Source: Octopus bimaculoides
Lineage: Eukaryota
Reading direction: 5' to 3'
DNA length: 64,000 nt
NCBI RefSeq assembly: GCF_001194135.2
Contig: NC_068992.1
Span: forward strand, 8,498,751-8,562,750
Below, in pieces: positions 1-13,000 of the stretch. The position numbers and the translations under genes are program-made. The notes under the pieces are model-generated. The model was not told the DNA's origin, ran no database searches, and worked only from the letters and a program-made list of their open reading frames with translations. Numbering within the stretch: the stretch's first letter is position 1; every line of letters starts with the position of its first letter.

Positions 1-495
1 GTTTCTCCTTTCCCTAACCATTGTCTTCAACGCTTGACATTTTTATAGAGAACCCATTTCTAGTTACCAGTCATTGTTCGGTTCAAAACAGGTTCATTCG
101 TGAGATGTGACAGCAAAGAAGAGCACACATTCATTCTCTGCACGTGATTAGACTCAGAAAGTTTGTGAGGAACCCATTGACCCAATTTGCTGACTTTTCC
201 GATGGTACACAGGTGTTAATGAATAATTGAATAACGAAATCCAAGCTTCTCTGCTAGTTCCTCAACAGTTACGATGGGATTTTGTTCCACCAGGGTTTGC
301 AAGATGTCCTCACTGAGCTCTACAGATCTTCCAGGACAACCTTCATCTTCTAGGCTGAAGTTTCTGGCTTATGCTTATTGTCCAATCCCCATACACTGCA
401 TTAATATTCCTTGCACTTTCCATTGTGCAGTTGCCTCTATTGAACTCATAAAGCAAAATATGCTGAATATTCTCTTTTGTCATTTCTTCACTCAT
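1..495 (-). pseudogene. Mariner (Tc1/mariner) transposase pseudogene, 5' part; runs off the window edge
   Basis: Manual translation: MSEEMTKENIQHILLYEFNRG...[frameshift]...LEDEGCPGRS...GKVSKLGQWVPHKL...TGN*KWVLY. WVPH(E/K)L is the mariner linker motif; stops and a frameshift are present. Confidence 0.9.
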
Positions 496-1191
496 GTTTG
501 TATTTTCTTCAGTTTGGGATTTGTATTTTAATGTGGTTTTGTATTATATATGTATCATATATATATGTGTTATATATGTAATAAAATAAAATAAACTGAA
601 AAAACAGGTTAATATATTGTACTTGAATATATGTTATATAATCAGAAACAGTTACAAAATAAGCAAACACATGTAACTTCAGCCCCGCCCCATGAACATT
701 CTTTTCATTTCAATGTTTTAAATCAGAGATTATTCTGTGGAAAGACATTCTGGATGATGTGATCCTGGATTCCCTCCTTGTATATAAGAAACAATGGGGA
801 AGTCATAATTGTATGCAACCAGGATTGACCTAGGGCTAAAACAATAACAACATCTCTACCCTACTGTATTCCTATGCATATAATGTGGGTGTTGTGTGTG
901 TGTTTATCATCATTTAAAATGTTGACATGAGTTGAATCGAAATCTGGAGTGGATCATAATGTTTACTGGCAACGTTGTGAGTGTGTATGTTTGACTGTTC
1001 AGCTCTCTCGGGCAGATCAAAGTCATTGTCGGCAATCCCAGTACATAAAAACAAAAATTAAAGAAATAAATTTTTTCCCACAAATTGCCGATTTTAAAAT
1101 TACGTTTAAAACGACATTTCTTTTACGAATACCGAACATTACCATGTTTACCATGTCAGGAAATGCGATCGATTTTCAAGTATAATTAGCG

Positions 1192-1420
1192 GTACTTTTC
1201 TATTATCGATAGCCAATTTTCTTTTTATATACTGAAGTATTAATAAATAAACCACAGATTTTTTATTCAATTCTTTGCACTTTTCCTTCCACGTGAGTTA
1301 GTGATAGCTATACCGAAAGTCCGCTGTTCAACTGTTACTCTTGTTTCACGAATGGAATAATTCGTTTACGAATCCTTTAGTGAATGAAAGAAAAATTGGC
1401 TGTTGATAATAGGAAAGTAC
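1192..1420. mobile_element. MITE-like element with ~33-bp terminal inverted repeats
   Basis: GTACTTTTCTATTATCGATAGCCAATTTTCTTT at 1192 versus the reverse complement of AAAGAAAAATTGGCTGTTGATAATAGGAAAGTAC ending at 1420. Confidence 0.7.
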
Positions 1421-1693
1421 TCAATAATCTTTGTTGAGTTCCCGTTTCCTCATTTGATAAATCTTCTCAATAACAAAGCTAACGCACAAATCATAAAGGA
1501 AGCTTTTGCGGCATAACTACAGGGTTTTACCCCCCAGACTTTGAGAGGTCATGCCGCTTTTGCATTGACACTCGAGTAATTTGAGTAACCAAATCTCTCT
1601 CAAATATTCCGAATAATATTAAAAATGGGAAAGGACACATAAAATGATAAAGGGGAATCTTAAAGTAGATTATCTAACGTATATCTATATAAT

Positions 1694-2231
1694 NNNNNNN
1701 NNNNNNNNNNNNNNNNNNNNNNNNNNNNNNNNNNNNNNNNNNNNNNNNNNNNNNNNNNNNNNNNNNNNNNNNNNNNNNNNNNNNNNNNNNNNNNNNNNNN
1801 NNNNNNNNNNNNNNNNNNNNNNNNNNNNNNNNNNNNNNNNNNNNNNNNNNNNNNNNNNNNNNNNNNNNNNNNNNNNNNNNNNNNNNNNNNNNNNNNNNNN
1901 NNNNNNNNNNNNNNNNNNNNNNNNNNNNNNNNNNNNNNNNNNNNNNNNNNNNNNNNNNNNNNNNNNNNNNNNNNNNNNNNNNNNNNNNNNNNNNNNNNNN
2001 NNNNNNNNNNNNNNNNNNNNNNNNNNNNNNNNNNNNNNNNNNNNNNNNNNNNNNNNNNNNNNNNNNNNNNNNNNNNNNNNNNNNNNNNNNNNNNNNNNNN
2101 NNNNNNNNNNNNNNNNNNNNNNNNNNNNNNNNNNNNNNNNNNNNNNNNNNNNNNNNNNNNNNNNNNNNNNNNNNNNNNNNNNNNNNNNNNNNNNNNNNNN
2201 NNNNNNNNNNNNNNNNNNNNNNNNNNNNNNN
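1694..2231. other. Assembly gap (N run); other gaps at 10983-10992, 14031-14040, 19149-19158, 37833-38149, 61876-61886
   Basis: Direct inspection. Confidence 1.
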
Positions 2232-3929
2232 CTTAAAAGACGAAGAACACAAACAAACATGATTTTTAATCACTTTACAGGAAAATAAACGGAAGTGTTA
2301 TGGCGTCGTTTAATCGTCTTTCCCTTCTATGTCAGTGGCGGGAGAAGGGTAAGGTGAATGTGAAAAAGCGAATTTGTAGAAGTTAGAATAGCAACGAAAT
2401 AGCATCGGCGTACTTTCTCGAGTGTATATTTATTTCTCATAACTTAAAAAAAATACATGTTTTTAATGACATGTTCACCAAATATCTATCAGATAGAGCA
2501 AATTACGATTATGAAATTCAATGGAGAAAAACATAGTTGGCCGCGCGCACATGTTTATCTACAAAATAAAACTTGAAAGTTTGAAAACAATTATATGATG
2601 TGTGTCAACGTGTGTGCGCCCACCATTAAAAAAAAACTTAAACTCTGATATATTCATAATTTACACCATAGGAAAAGCATTGGTAGAAAATTTCATTAGA
2701 AAATATTGATTCTTATGAAAGGTATATAAAAAAAACCAAATTGGGTGGGCGTATACTTGTGTAAGTACGCCGAATTTTTACGCTGTCGCAGCATTCAAAT
2801 CTTTGACAGGTGTCACCCTACTGTCTTAAATAAATAAGAAGGATACTTTTGGACAATATAATCCTGAGCATACAAATTGATGAAGTGAAGTGAAGGGATG
2901 GTCATGGCTGGCCTTGTAACATGTGACTAGTTTCGTTTCTCAAGCATGGCTCTTTAGTAAGAGTCCGCGACTGTAACCTCTGGTTAGCAAACATTCTGTA
3001 AATGGAGTCTGGTTGGCAGAAGCCGTGCAGGAGCCTATCGTATATGTATAAACAGGTAAACTAAAGCTGTATTAATATATAAACACGTATATTACTCTTT
3101 GTATGCACCATACTTTCGGTAACGGTCGGTTGTCCCACACCCAGTGGAACAGAATTACGACTGGAAAGACAAAGGAGCGCACCAGTAGTGGTGGGCAGAT
3201 ACTTTGTACACATACACATTTATTTACTCGTCAAAGTTCATAGGTGACTCAGAGTGAGAGAGTTTCGTGCTTTGCCTTTTTCGAAAAGCATCAAAACTTT
3301 TAGTCAGTGCAAAGCGCGGAACTCTTGGACCTTTTGTCACTTGAATATTTTTAGTTAAACAGGGGCGAGGCAAAAGTAGTAACCGGGATAAAATGAGTAA
3401 TTTTTTATTTCTATTTTCTTCCTACTTGCTTGAAATCATTACACTGCAAGTATTGCATCACCATTTTGTACTGTTTCATTATCTTTAAGAATAAAAATTG
3501 GTCAACATAGTTGTTGTTGATGAAGTTGAGAAAGTTTGGAACATAGTCAGGGGAGAACTTTTTCCAAGAATATTTTCTTCGACTTTGACCCAATTGTAAT
3601 TAAGCTTGATGGTAAAATATCTGGATAATTTTGGCGGTATAACAATAAATATTCTTTCTTTTTTTTTCTGTTGGATTCCAAGTCAATTTTTCTAATTTGA
3701 TGATTTTCCTTTTTCAAAAAATGATTGTCCAAATATGAATAAAATGAGTATTAACTAATTTCAATAATTTCTTCTTTTTAACTGCATGGTCTGTGAATAT
3801 ATCAGGAAGAGAGCCATTCCAGCAGATTGTGAAGAAGCGATAAAGAATATTTTATGCTGAGTTATTTGATTTTATCAAGTTTCATTAATTCCATATCATG
3901 TGCCAATTTTCTATGACCCTCTTTCATTT

Positions 3930-4300
3930 GACCTAGATATCATAAATTTTTGTTGCATTTCTGATCTTTATGATGTCTAAAGACTGATATTGATGTATGA
4001 GTTAGGTTTCAAATGTAATTCTGAATTTACCTTATCTTGTCTTACTGCAACATATGACAAATGAATCCATCTTTGCCTGATCTTCTCTTTAACTTTTCAC
4101 AGGTCTCCTAAAAGGCATTCATTTGTCATATGTTGCTGCCATTTCACATTTAGGGCCATTCGTAGCATCCTTGTCTAGCATCCATCTAGCCTATTTGATA
4201 ATTTCTTTGTCAGTGTCCATGTTTCACTGCCATATAATAGCACTGATTCAACAGCTTCATTTTGACTTGCTTGGGCAATTTGGAGTTCCAAACCTTCTTT
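3930..4300 (-). mobile_element. RTE-type LINE reverse transcriptase C-terminal fragment
   Basis: AVESVLLYGSETWTLTKKLSNRLDGC*TRMLRMALNVKWQQHMTNE; boundaries approximate. Confidence 0.8.
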
Positions 4301-4902
4301 AGTTTGTGAAAGACTTTGTAGAGGTACTATGATGCATGCATCTAACCATCCAGACAAGCAGACATAGAGAGACATATCATCATCATCATACTTGTATTTT
4401 GTCCACTTTCCAAGTCGGCATCACTTCTACAGTTAATCACATGTTCAGTTAGTTTTTATTCGGAGTGACTGCCCTCCTAAATGGCTCAGAGAACAAGTCT
4501 AGCTTCTTTTATTTTGGTATGGTTTCTATAGCTCGATGCCCTTCCTAAGGTCAACCATTTAACAAAGTGCACTGGATGCATTTTATCAAGACACCAACAC
4601 TAGAGAGGTTCCCATATCTTCAGCAAGACGAGACTAAAGGGTCCTCATAATCTTTCATTGTTTCCAGTCATTCACTACAAAAGCAGGGTTCTTAAATGTA
4701 CCCTACTTTTTCTTTTTATATGTCCATGTCCCTTCACTACTGGAGGTAGGTTAGGATATTTGTCATACTGTGGCTGAAGCAATTGTCCTCTTATCTTTCT
4801 CAATTGCCAAATGGTTACTGTGAAACATTCTCTACAAAAATGTGCTGGCCATGACTTCAAACTGCATCTGGTGTGTGTGTGTACATGTCTGCACATGCAT
4901 GT

Positions 4903-5107
4903 AGACAGATAGACAGACAGATAGATGAACAGACAGACAGGTAGACAGACAGATAGACAGACAGACAGACAGATAGATAAATAGACAGACAAGATACATA
5001 CATACATACAGTCAGACAGACAGATAGATAGATAGATAGCTAGACAGATAGACAGGCAGACAGAGATAGACTGTTAGACAGATAGATAGATAGACAGATA
5101 GATAGAC

Positions 5108-5142
<35 letters not shown>

Positions 5143-5170
5143 CAGATAGATAGATATAGACAGACAAGCA
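4903..5170. repeat. (GATA/GACA)n compound microsatellite
   Basis: Direct inspection; source of the YLS-rich ORFs. Confidence 0.95.
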
Positions 5171-5349
5171 GACATAGGTGTGCATGCTTGCATACACAAA
5201 TGGGAGAAAATATGCTCAGCCCAAGTTCAAAGCTGATAATTCACTCCATCACTACTCAGGATTTCTTGTTGCTGTTTGAGAGGGGCTCCAACAGCAACTA
5301 AAACACAGTTGGAGCATACTGCCATTACATCAATATTATCTCTTTGTAG

Positions 5350-5570
5350 GGTGGAAAGCTGCTAGAATCGTTATCGTGTCAAACAAAATGCTTAGTAGCA
5401 TTTCATCCCACTTTACATTCAGAGTTCAAATCCCACCAAGGTTGACTCTGCCTTTCATTCTTTCAGGGTCGATGATATAAGTACCAGTTGATCACTGGGG
5501 GGGAAGGGGTCAATGTAATTGACTTACCCCTTCCTCTGAAATTTCTGACCTTGTGCCAAAATTTGAAATC
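5350..5570 (+). mobile_element. Abundant SINE family 1 (gctggcagaatcgttagc...gagttcaaat...ttgcctttcatcc...aagtaccagtt); many copies in both orientations
   Basis: Other copies at approximately 8130, 8365(-), 9310, 19578, 20060(-), 20260(-), 20480, 22490(-), 22680, 30050, 44340(-), 49305, 49860, 61680(-), 63720. Confidence 0.8.
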
Positions 5571-5898
5571 AATACTTTCTCCCTGTGACATCCTATATTT
5601 CCAACACATGCTGGCATGATGAACCCCACCCACTTCATACTCTCTCTCTCCCTCCCTCCTCACTCTTTTCTCTCTCTCTCTCTCAAACTGCCTCTCCCCA
5701 ATAAAAAGGATAACACAAGGCATTTGAATACTGGTAAAAAAAGAAATCTACAAAACCCAACCTTCAAAGATTTTTTTACTCTTTATCATTTTCATGGAGC
5801 ATCAATAGAATCAAAGAATTTCCATTTGGTATAGAAGCAGCAAAATTTTGTGAATGGTTATAAAAGCAGTTGTTCCAAGCCTGATGAAAAAGATGTCT

Positions 5899-6117
5899 TT
5901 AACCCTTTAGCATTTAAGCCATCCACATCCGACCCAAATATTTTTCCTGTTTTATGTTCACACCAACCAGATTTGGCCTCTCACACCTACCCGTACAATG
6001 TCATTCTAAAAATAAACAATCACATTTTCAAAATCTTGAGACTACAAGATATTACATGATTAATCTTTTGAAATGTGGATTACATTGGATAAATTAATCT
6101 GAATGCTAAAAGGATAA
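5899..6117. mobile_element. piggyBac-type MITE (TTAA-CCCTTTAGCATT termini)
   Basis: TTAA|CCC start and degenerate AATGCTAAAAGGATAA end; same family as 56665-56878, with partial copies at about 31990, 33796 and 46335. Confidence 0.7.
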
Positions 6118-6778
6118 AGACAAAAAGAAGTAAAAAAAAAATACAGTTTATTTTGTTTATGGCTTACATAATGAACTGGGGAAAGGGATGGGAGAAACTT
6201 ATTCCCAAATAAACAACTTAACCTAAATATTTGCAACAAAGTAGGCTCAACTAAAGGCACCCCTGATCCAGGTTATGGCATTAAACTGGTCAACAGACTG
6301 AGTCTAGCATCCAAAAACAGGTATAGTCCATAGAGTAGGCAGCTAGACAGTTTCTGCCTATCCTGTTTCATTTCACAAGGCTTATTTCAACTTGAGGCTA
6401 TAGTAGAAGACTAATTACCCAAAGTTTCATGCAGTACAATGGGACCCAGAACAAATGCAAACTTCTTAACCACAAGGCCTTGCTTGTGTCACGTGAAAAT
6501 GATTTATGACAAAGTCCATACCGGTTTCTACAATTTGTTAATTTGATTCTCTTTGATTCATAGTCAGTGTTCCATACTAACATCAATAGGATGGAAGTTT
6601 TAAATTTACATTATTTATACAATAGTTTTACATTACCCCTCAACCATAAAGTGAGAATGTAGACATTTTAGTGACCCTGCAAAAGACTTGGATACTTAGT
6701 ACAATTGTTTACAGTGTTGGCTAGTCTGTGATTTTAACAAGCCACACACCTGAATATATATGTATATGTATGTGTGTG

Positions 6779-6812
<34 letters not shown>

Positions 6813-6835
6813 CAGACAATTTTTACAAAGCATTG

Positions 6836-7080
6836 TTAAGGAAATATTTTGTATGGGTTTAAAATACCACATGGGTCCAATAACTTCTTCATTTGTTTCA
6901 TAAGTTCAACTGAAAGATGTGATTGACTATGGTGTAAGTATTTGACCTTGTGAAGTCCAATGCCATGTTCAGCACTAACGCTACCCTTAAGTTCAGCAAC
7001 ATAATCAAAAACATACGGTTCTATTAAATTCTGAAGCTCGTCGTTATATTCAGGTGATGTTAAATTTAAATGGAGGTTAC
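6836..7080 (-). CDS. D2HGDH: D2HGDH exon 7, terminal (SNLHLN...SAEHGIG...NPYKIFP*)
   Basis: Acceptor TTGCAG, stop TAA at 6836-6838. Confidence 0.95.
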
Positions 7081-10000
7081 CTGCAACACAAAAATGACAA
7101 ATAATTAAAACAGTGGAAATTAATTAATTTGAAAATAGTATTAGACATTATAAATCATTTCTTGAGATAGAAGAAAGCCAAGAGATTAACTTGTTTAATT
7201 GAAACCTCATATCATTTTTATTTTTTTTAAAACCACAATTTGTGAACAAATAGTGTTACTCATTCTAGTTCTTACAAGAAAGAAAGCATCTGTGGTGCCT
7301 CTTCTGGGGACAAAACCTCAGTGCATCTCATCCATGTCTACTCTTTCACGGATCAACTGGGCTATAACTTTCTCTCCATGATTTTCATAACTTTGTCTAG
7401 AAGTTTGATTCCTCTAGTTAACCTTGTGGCAGTTTATGACAATACTTCTATGCCAGTCACTGGGTTTAACTACCTCCTGGATGACTTGATTAACTATCCA
7501 GGTGGTAATCTTGTATCCTACTTCCCTAGATATTTTAAGCATCCCAGTAGCTATCCCTGATAACCAATAAACTTCCCCCTCTTCATATCCTTGATTACTT
7601 TATCTACCACACTGCTGTCAACTTGAATCGCTGGTCCCTCTATTGAGTCAGCATAGGGTAATAGCTGCTTATCCCATATGTCCTCCACGTTCAGCAGCCT
7701 TTCATAATAGCACTTCCATGCCAGCTTCTTTTGTTCTATATTGATGGCGGGTTTACCTTCATCATTCCATGAACACTTATAACCAATGGTATTTTGATTC
7801 CCTCTTGCACATAGCCCTCATAATTCTCAACACTTCCCATCTCCAATCCTCAAGTTACGGGACATGTGAAAATCTCTTCCTTTCTGCCCCACTTTTAGTC
7901 AACTATATAAAATCTGTCCACAGTATGACACCATACTATGGGATCATACCTGAAACAGTATGATTGAGAAGCAAACTTCTTATCCTCAATCGTGGTATTT
8001 ATTTTGTGTCTATCATTAAATGTAAAGTTAGCACCAGAACATAAAGGGACATAACTCAATAGAGCAAGACTTTTACACTGTCACTCAATTGTTTTTGTTA
8101 CTCATTGCTCTTAATATTAATAGCAACAGGAAGGCAGCAAGCGGGCAGAATCGTTAGCACGGCAGACAAAATGCTTAGCAGCATTTCGTCCATATTTACA
8201 TGCAGAGTTAAAATTCCGCCGCAGTCGACTTTGCCTTTCATCCTTTCAGGAGTCAATGAAATAGGTACCAGCTGAACTCTGGGGCCAATGTAATCGACAT
8301 ACCACTCCTGAACTTATTGGACTTGTGCCAAAATTTGAAATCAATATTAATACCAATAGCGAATGCAGGCACAAATTTTGATGGAGGGGAACAATTAATT
8401 AACTCAGTCACGTATATTACTGGTATTTCTTTTATCAACTGCATGAAAGATGAAAGGCAAAGTTGACATTAGCAGGATTTGAACTCAGAACATAAAGAGA
8501 TGCAACTAAATACCATCACTTATCATTTATGCAAAATCTCTCTCCCAATTCCCCACCCAGTCCATCCTCCTCACCATCATTTTACACTTACATTTTGTAG
8601 TAGTATGTGTGAGATGGGCCATCACCATCCAGGTTGGTTCTTAATTGGAGTCACTACCCTCATAGATGTGATTGAGGTACTACAACTATATTATAATGCT
8701 CTGGGTATCATAAGATTTCATTACCTATGAGATACCTATACTGAGACTGTATAAAATATACAATCTTTTCTTTCTAACAAATTTTCAAAATTTCAAAGAA
8801 ATTCTTTAAATATTTTTACAAACATACTTACTATCTCCAACATGTCCATAACCTACAACCCGAGTGTTAGGAATCGGAGCAGTCCGTTTCCTGACATCAA
8901 CCACTAAATCATAAAACTTTGACAAACACAGAGATAAATCATATTTGTAACAATATCCATCCTTCAACAGACTCTCTGAAACTCTTTCTCGAAGAGACCA
9001 TAAATTCTGAAAAAAAAAAATATATATATATATTAAAAAATTCGAAATTTCAAACATAGACACAAAGCTACTAATTTAGGAGAGAGAGAGAGTATTATCA
9101 ATCAAACCAACTCGAATATTCAAAAGGATGAAAATTGAAGTCAATCACAGAAAGATTTGAATTAAAACTTAAATTTTGTACAGTCTGGTTATTTATTCAA
9201 CTGCATTTTTTTTTTTTTTTTTTGTCAAACAATTAATTTATGGAACACAAAAAAACCAACACCGGTTGTTGAATGGTGAAGGGGACAAACATAAACACAA
9301 AGTTCAAACCTCACTAAGGTCGACTTAGCCTTTCGTCTTTTCAGGGATGATAAAATAAATATCAATCAAATACTGGGGTTGATGTAATCGAATTTCCCAC
9401 TCAAAATTGCTGGCCCTGTGTCTTCTTTATTTACTGCACAATGAAGTAATAATAGAATATAAATGAAAATAAAATATATCTATCTACCTTCATTTGTGTC
9501 ATGTCTCCAGCAAGTGTGCCATCAGTGACGGTGCCAGTTTGCATTAGATCCTCCAAGAGGACATTAATTTTTTCTTCATCATGGTCGCCATTAGATCCTG
9601 ATGTTTCGATTAATACATAAAATGGATATTCACCAATGGGAGAAGAGAGATTTAAGTTCTGTGTCACTACTTTCATAGATTCAGCATCAATAAATTCAAA
9701 AGCTGAAAGAATCTCAGCCAGTGTTTGCTTTGTAATGGTAAATATTTTGAGGACATCAGAAAAACTGTTGCAACCTAAAAAGACATGAATCAACAGAATT
9801 TTTAGTGCTTTTTGTGGTATATTTATGCATGAATATGACATCCATGAGGTGTCCAGAGATATCTGAACATGTATTTATGTACATGTATATGAAAGAATGT
9901 GTGTGAGTGAGAGAAAGAGAGAGAGAGAGAGAAAGAAAGAGAGCAAGTGAGTGCCACTAACACATATGCGTGAAACATAAGACAAAAGTGAAACACTGGG

Positions 10001-13000
10001 AGGTTTTAGCTTTTTGAAAGCAGATAGGTGATGGGTGGGCAAGGTGGGGTAAGGAGCATTGAGTGTTTCCTTAAGAAAAATTAAACTTTAAAAAATATAT
10101 ATTCCCCAGATTTGTAATCTCTGTATTTTTCTACATGGATAAAATAAAATTTTGTAAAAAATATTTACCTAAAAGTGCAACATTAACATTATTGGGTTTC
10201 TGTGGACAAGAGATGGAAACTTTAGTAATTATACCCAAAGTTCCTTCTGAACCAATGAAGAGCTGTTTTAAATCGTATCCAGTATTGTTCTTCTTCAAAG
10301 AGTTCATGCAGTCTAGAACTCTACCATCTGCTAATACCTGTTAATGAATAAAAAAAAAAAATATATAAATGTAAAATAGATAGGTAATATAAAAAAGGAG
10401 TAATTACTTATTATACAACACACAATCCATATGTGTTGTATGTAAAGACAAATGTCAAGATATATATACGCATAAAACAATGTATTTAATTAATTCAATA
10501 ATGGGATAAAAATCTTTTACAAGAATTTTATCAGGAAGCTAGCGTGAAAAATATTCATAAGGGAAAAAAACCATCATTTTTTTATTCCCAAAAATATATT
10601 TATTCATCTATATTTATATAAGGGCATTATTCTGTAGTAATGCCCTTATATAAACATAAAACAATGTAAATGGAATCCACATTACTTTTAATGATGAATA
10701 ATTTAGTTGTTTGATCAACTGTACTGTTTACTCAATTACACTATTGAATAAGTGGCTGCATATTTCGCATTCCTTCTAGAGATTTTGACCAGTCGCTATG
10801 CACTATCAAAGACCCATTGAATGTAAGAATCCCTCACTTGAAAATTAGATATGGGTTTCTGACTTGAAGGGCATCCAACCATAACATTCTGCCACAAAAT
10901 CAGTTCTCATGTAAACCATGCTAGTATGGGAAAAGACATTGAGCAAATGTTACATATACATCACACACACACACACACGCACNNNNNNNNNNACGCACAT
11001 CAACTATCAGTTCATAGGGGAGTTTTCCTTAGTTCAATTGCCATTTCAAACCTTTGCCCCTCTGCCTAAGAATAAAAATGGGAGATAACTGTTTGTGCCC
11101 TTTGACACATTGCTGCATTGATAAAAATAGACAGTTTCCCCTTTCTATTTCAAGGCAGAACCGTCGCAGGTAACAAAAATTATCTAACTACGAAAACAAT
11201 TAATCCAATAAAAACCATCGCATCCATTTTAATATAGAAGAAAATGAATATAAATAGGAAAATGAAAGAATATATATATACCACTTCTAATCCAAGAACA
11301 TTGCCATGTAGGGATCCATATCTTAAAAAACGGATTCCACCAGCATTGGTAGCAAGATTTCCTCCAATTTGGCAGCTTCCTTTAGCTCCAAGATCAAGAG
11401 GCATGGTCAGGTGGTGTTGATTAATATAGTTTTCTAGATATTCCAGAACACACCCAGCTTCACAAATCAATATACCTGTAACAGTACCAAAACGTACAAT
11501 ATATATAAATATATATATTATCCAAAACGTACAATATATATATAATATATATATATATTTTATCCAAAACGTACAGTATTATATATCCATTACAGCCAAA
11601 TCTTACCAATCGGTTTTGTGCTAGGGATTCAACAGTGTTAGGTAAAAATCTGATTATGTAGTCCTACACTCATCAGAGGTAGCCTATATAGAATGAAATA
11701 TGGCAACTGCTCTCTATTATTGGAATAGACACATCCAGTTTGTGATATATATATATCAGTGACATGCAGTGACTTTTGAGGTTGGTCATGCAATAGATAC
11801 AAGTGTTGGCTGAAAAGTTTATAGGTTGACCAAGATACTCTTATGGAACCAAATGAGGTTTATTTTTAACATAGTCCCACCTTGCAGTCCATGCTCTTCT
11901 TCTATCAGTGTTACAGTTTGGATCCCATTGGTAAAGAAGTTTTTATCCTGCTGGTCAAAAGTCATTTTAAGGATGTCATATCCTCATTAGGGATTAATAA
12001 ATTCAAAATTTCACTGGTTTAAACTTCATCATATTAAAAGAAAATCTCCATGATATGTTTGGGATTATTATAATGAGTATTATTAATAAGGTAAGAAAAT
12101 GGAGAGTTAATTATAGTTAATTTATTTGTATCATAGTTTGAAGTTAAAATTTAAATACAAATAAATTTTAAAAAATACAAAAGAAACTAAAAAAAACCTA
12201 CATATGTTTTGATTCTGGCCCCTTAGTAATGCATAGTTTGAAGGATTTGGGTCAAATCCAATGATAACCAATTGGTTATCATTTTAAACAGTATGGGGTA
12301 GAATCTCTTCAGGGTTTTTTGTTTTTATAGAAAAACAAAAGTTACATATTTCTTGAAAGGATTCAGATCAGAAACTAAGGAAGTTTTAAAAGTTATATCT
12401 TGTATATTGTGAATGTGTATTTGCAAAGATTATAATTCAATTAAGTAAAAGAAATAAAAATAAATTTTAAAGATATATAAATAATAAAAAGTAACGATAT
12501 ATCTGTAAGGGAAAATAATTAAACAATTAAATGGATTAGAGTCAAAGGCATAATTACATATGTGAAACAATGTGTAAAAGTTCAAAAGAAAACAGAGAGT
12601 GATAGAAATATAGAATTAGACAGGCAGAGAAAGAGAGACAGACTGATTGTTTGATAGACAAAGAGCTAAAGGGGAGAGAGAAAGAGACAGACAGACAGAG
12701 AGGTGGGGAGAGATCAAGTGGAGCAGTCTGGAAACAAAAGTTGCACATAAATAGTGTTTTGCCTTTTTTTTTGTTTTTGTTTTTGGTTTTACTCACCAGA
12801 AACTTTATCAAGGGAAATGATATTGTTCATAAGCCGGGTTGATATCACAATTTCATCAAATACAGGAGTACTACCTCCAACCAAGCCTGTGTTACCACCT
12901 TGGGGTACAACAGCAAGATTTCTTTCATTGCAATAACTCAAGATTTCAGAAACTTCTGATGTCGTTTTTGGAAGCAACATCAAACATGATGCACCTTAAA

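Noticed and set aside
1644-2288. Long ORFs (190-214 aa) in the ORF track; also 37765-38249
   Set aside because: They are runs of X across assembly gaps.
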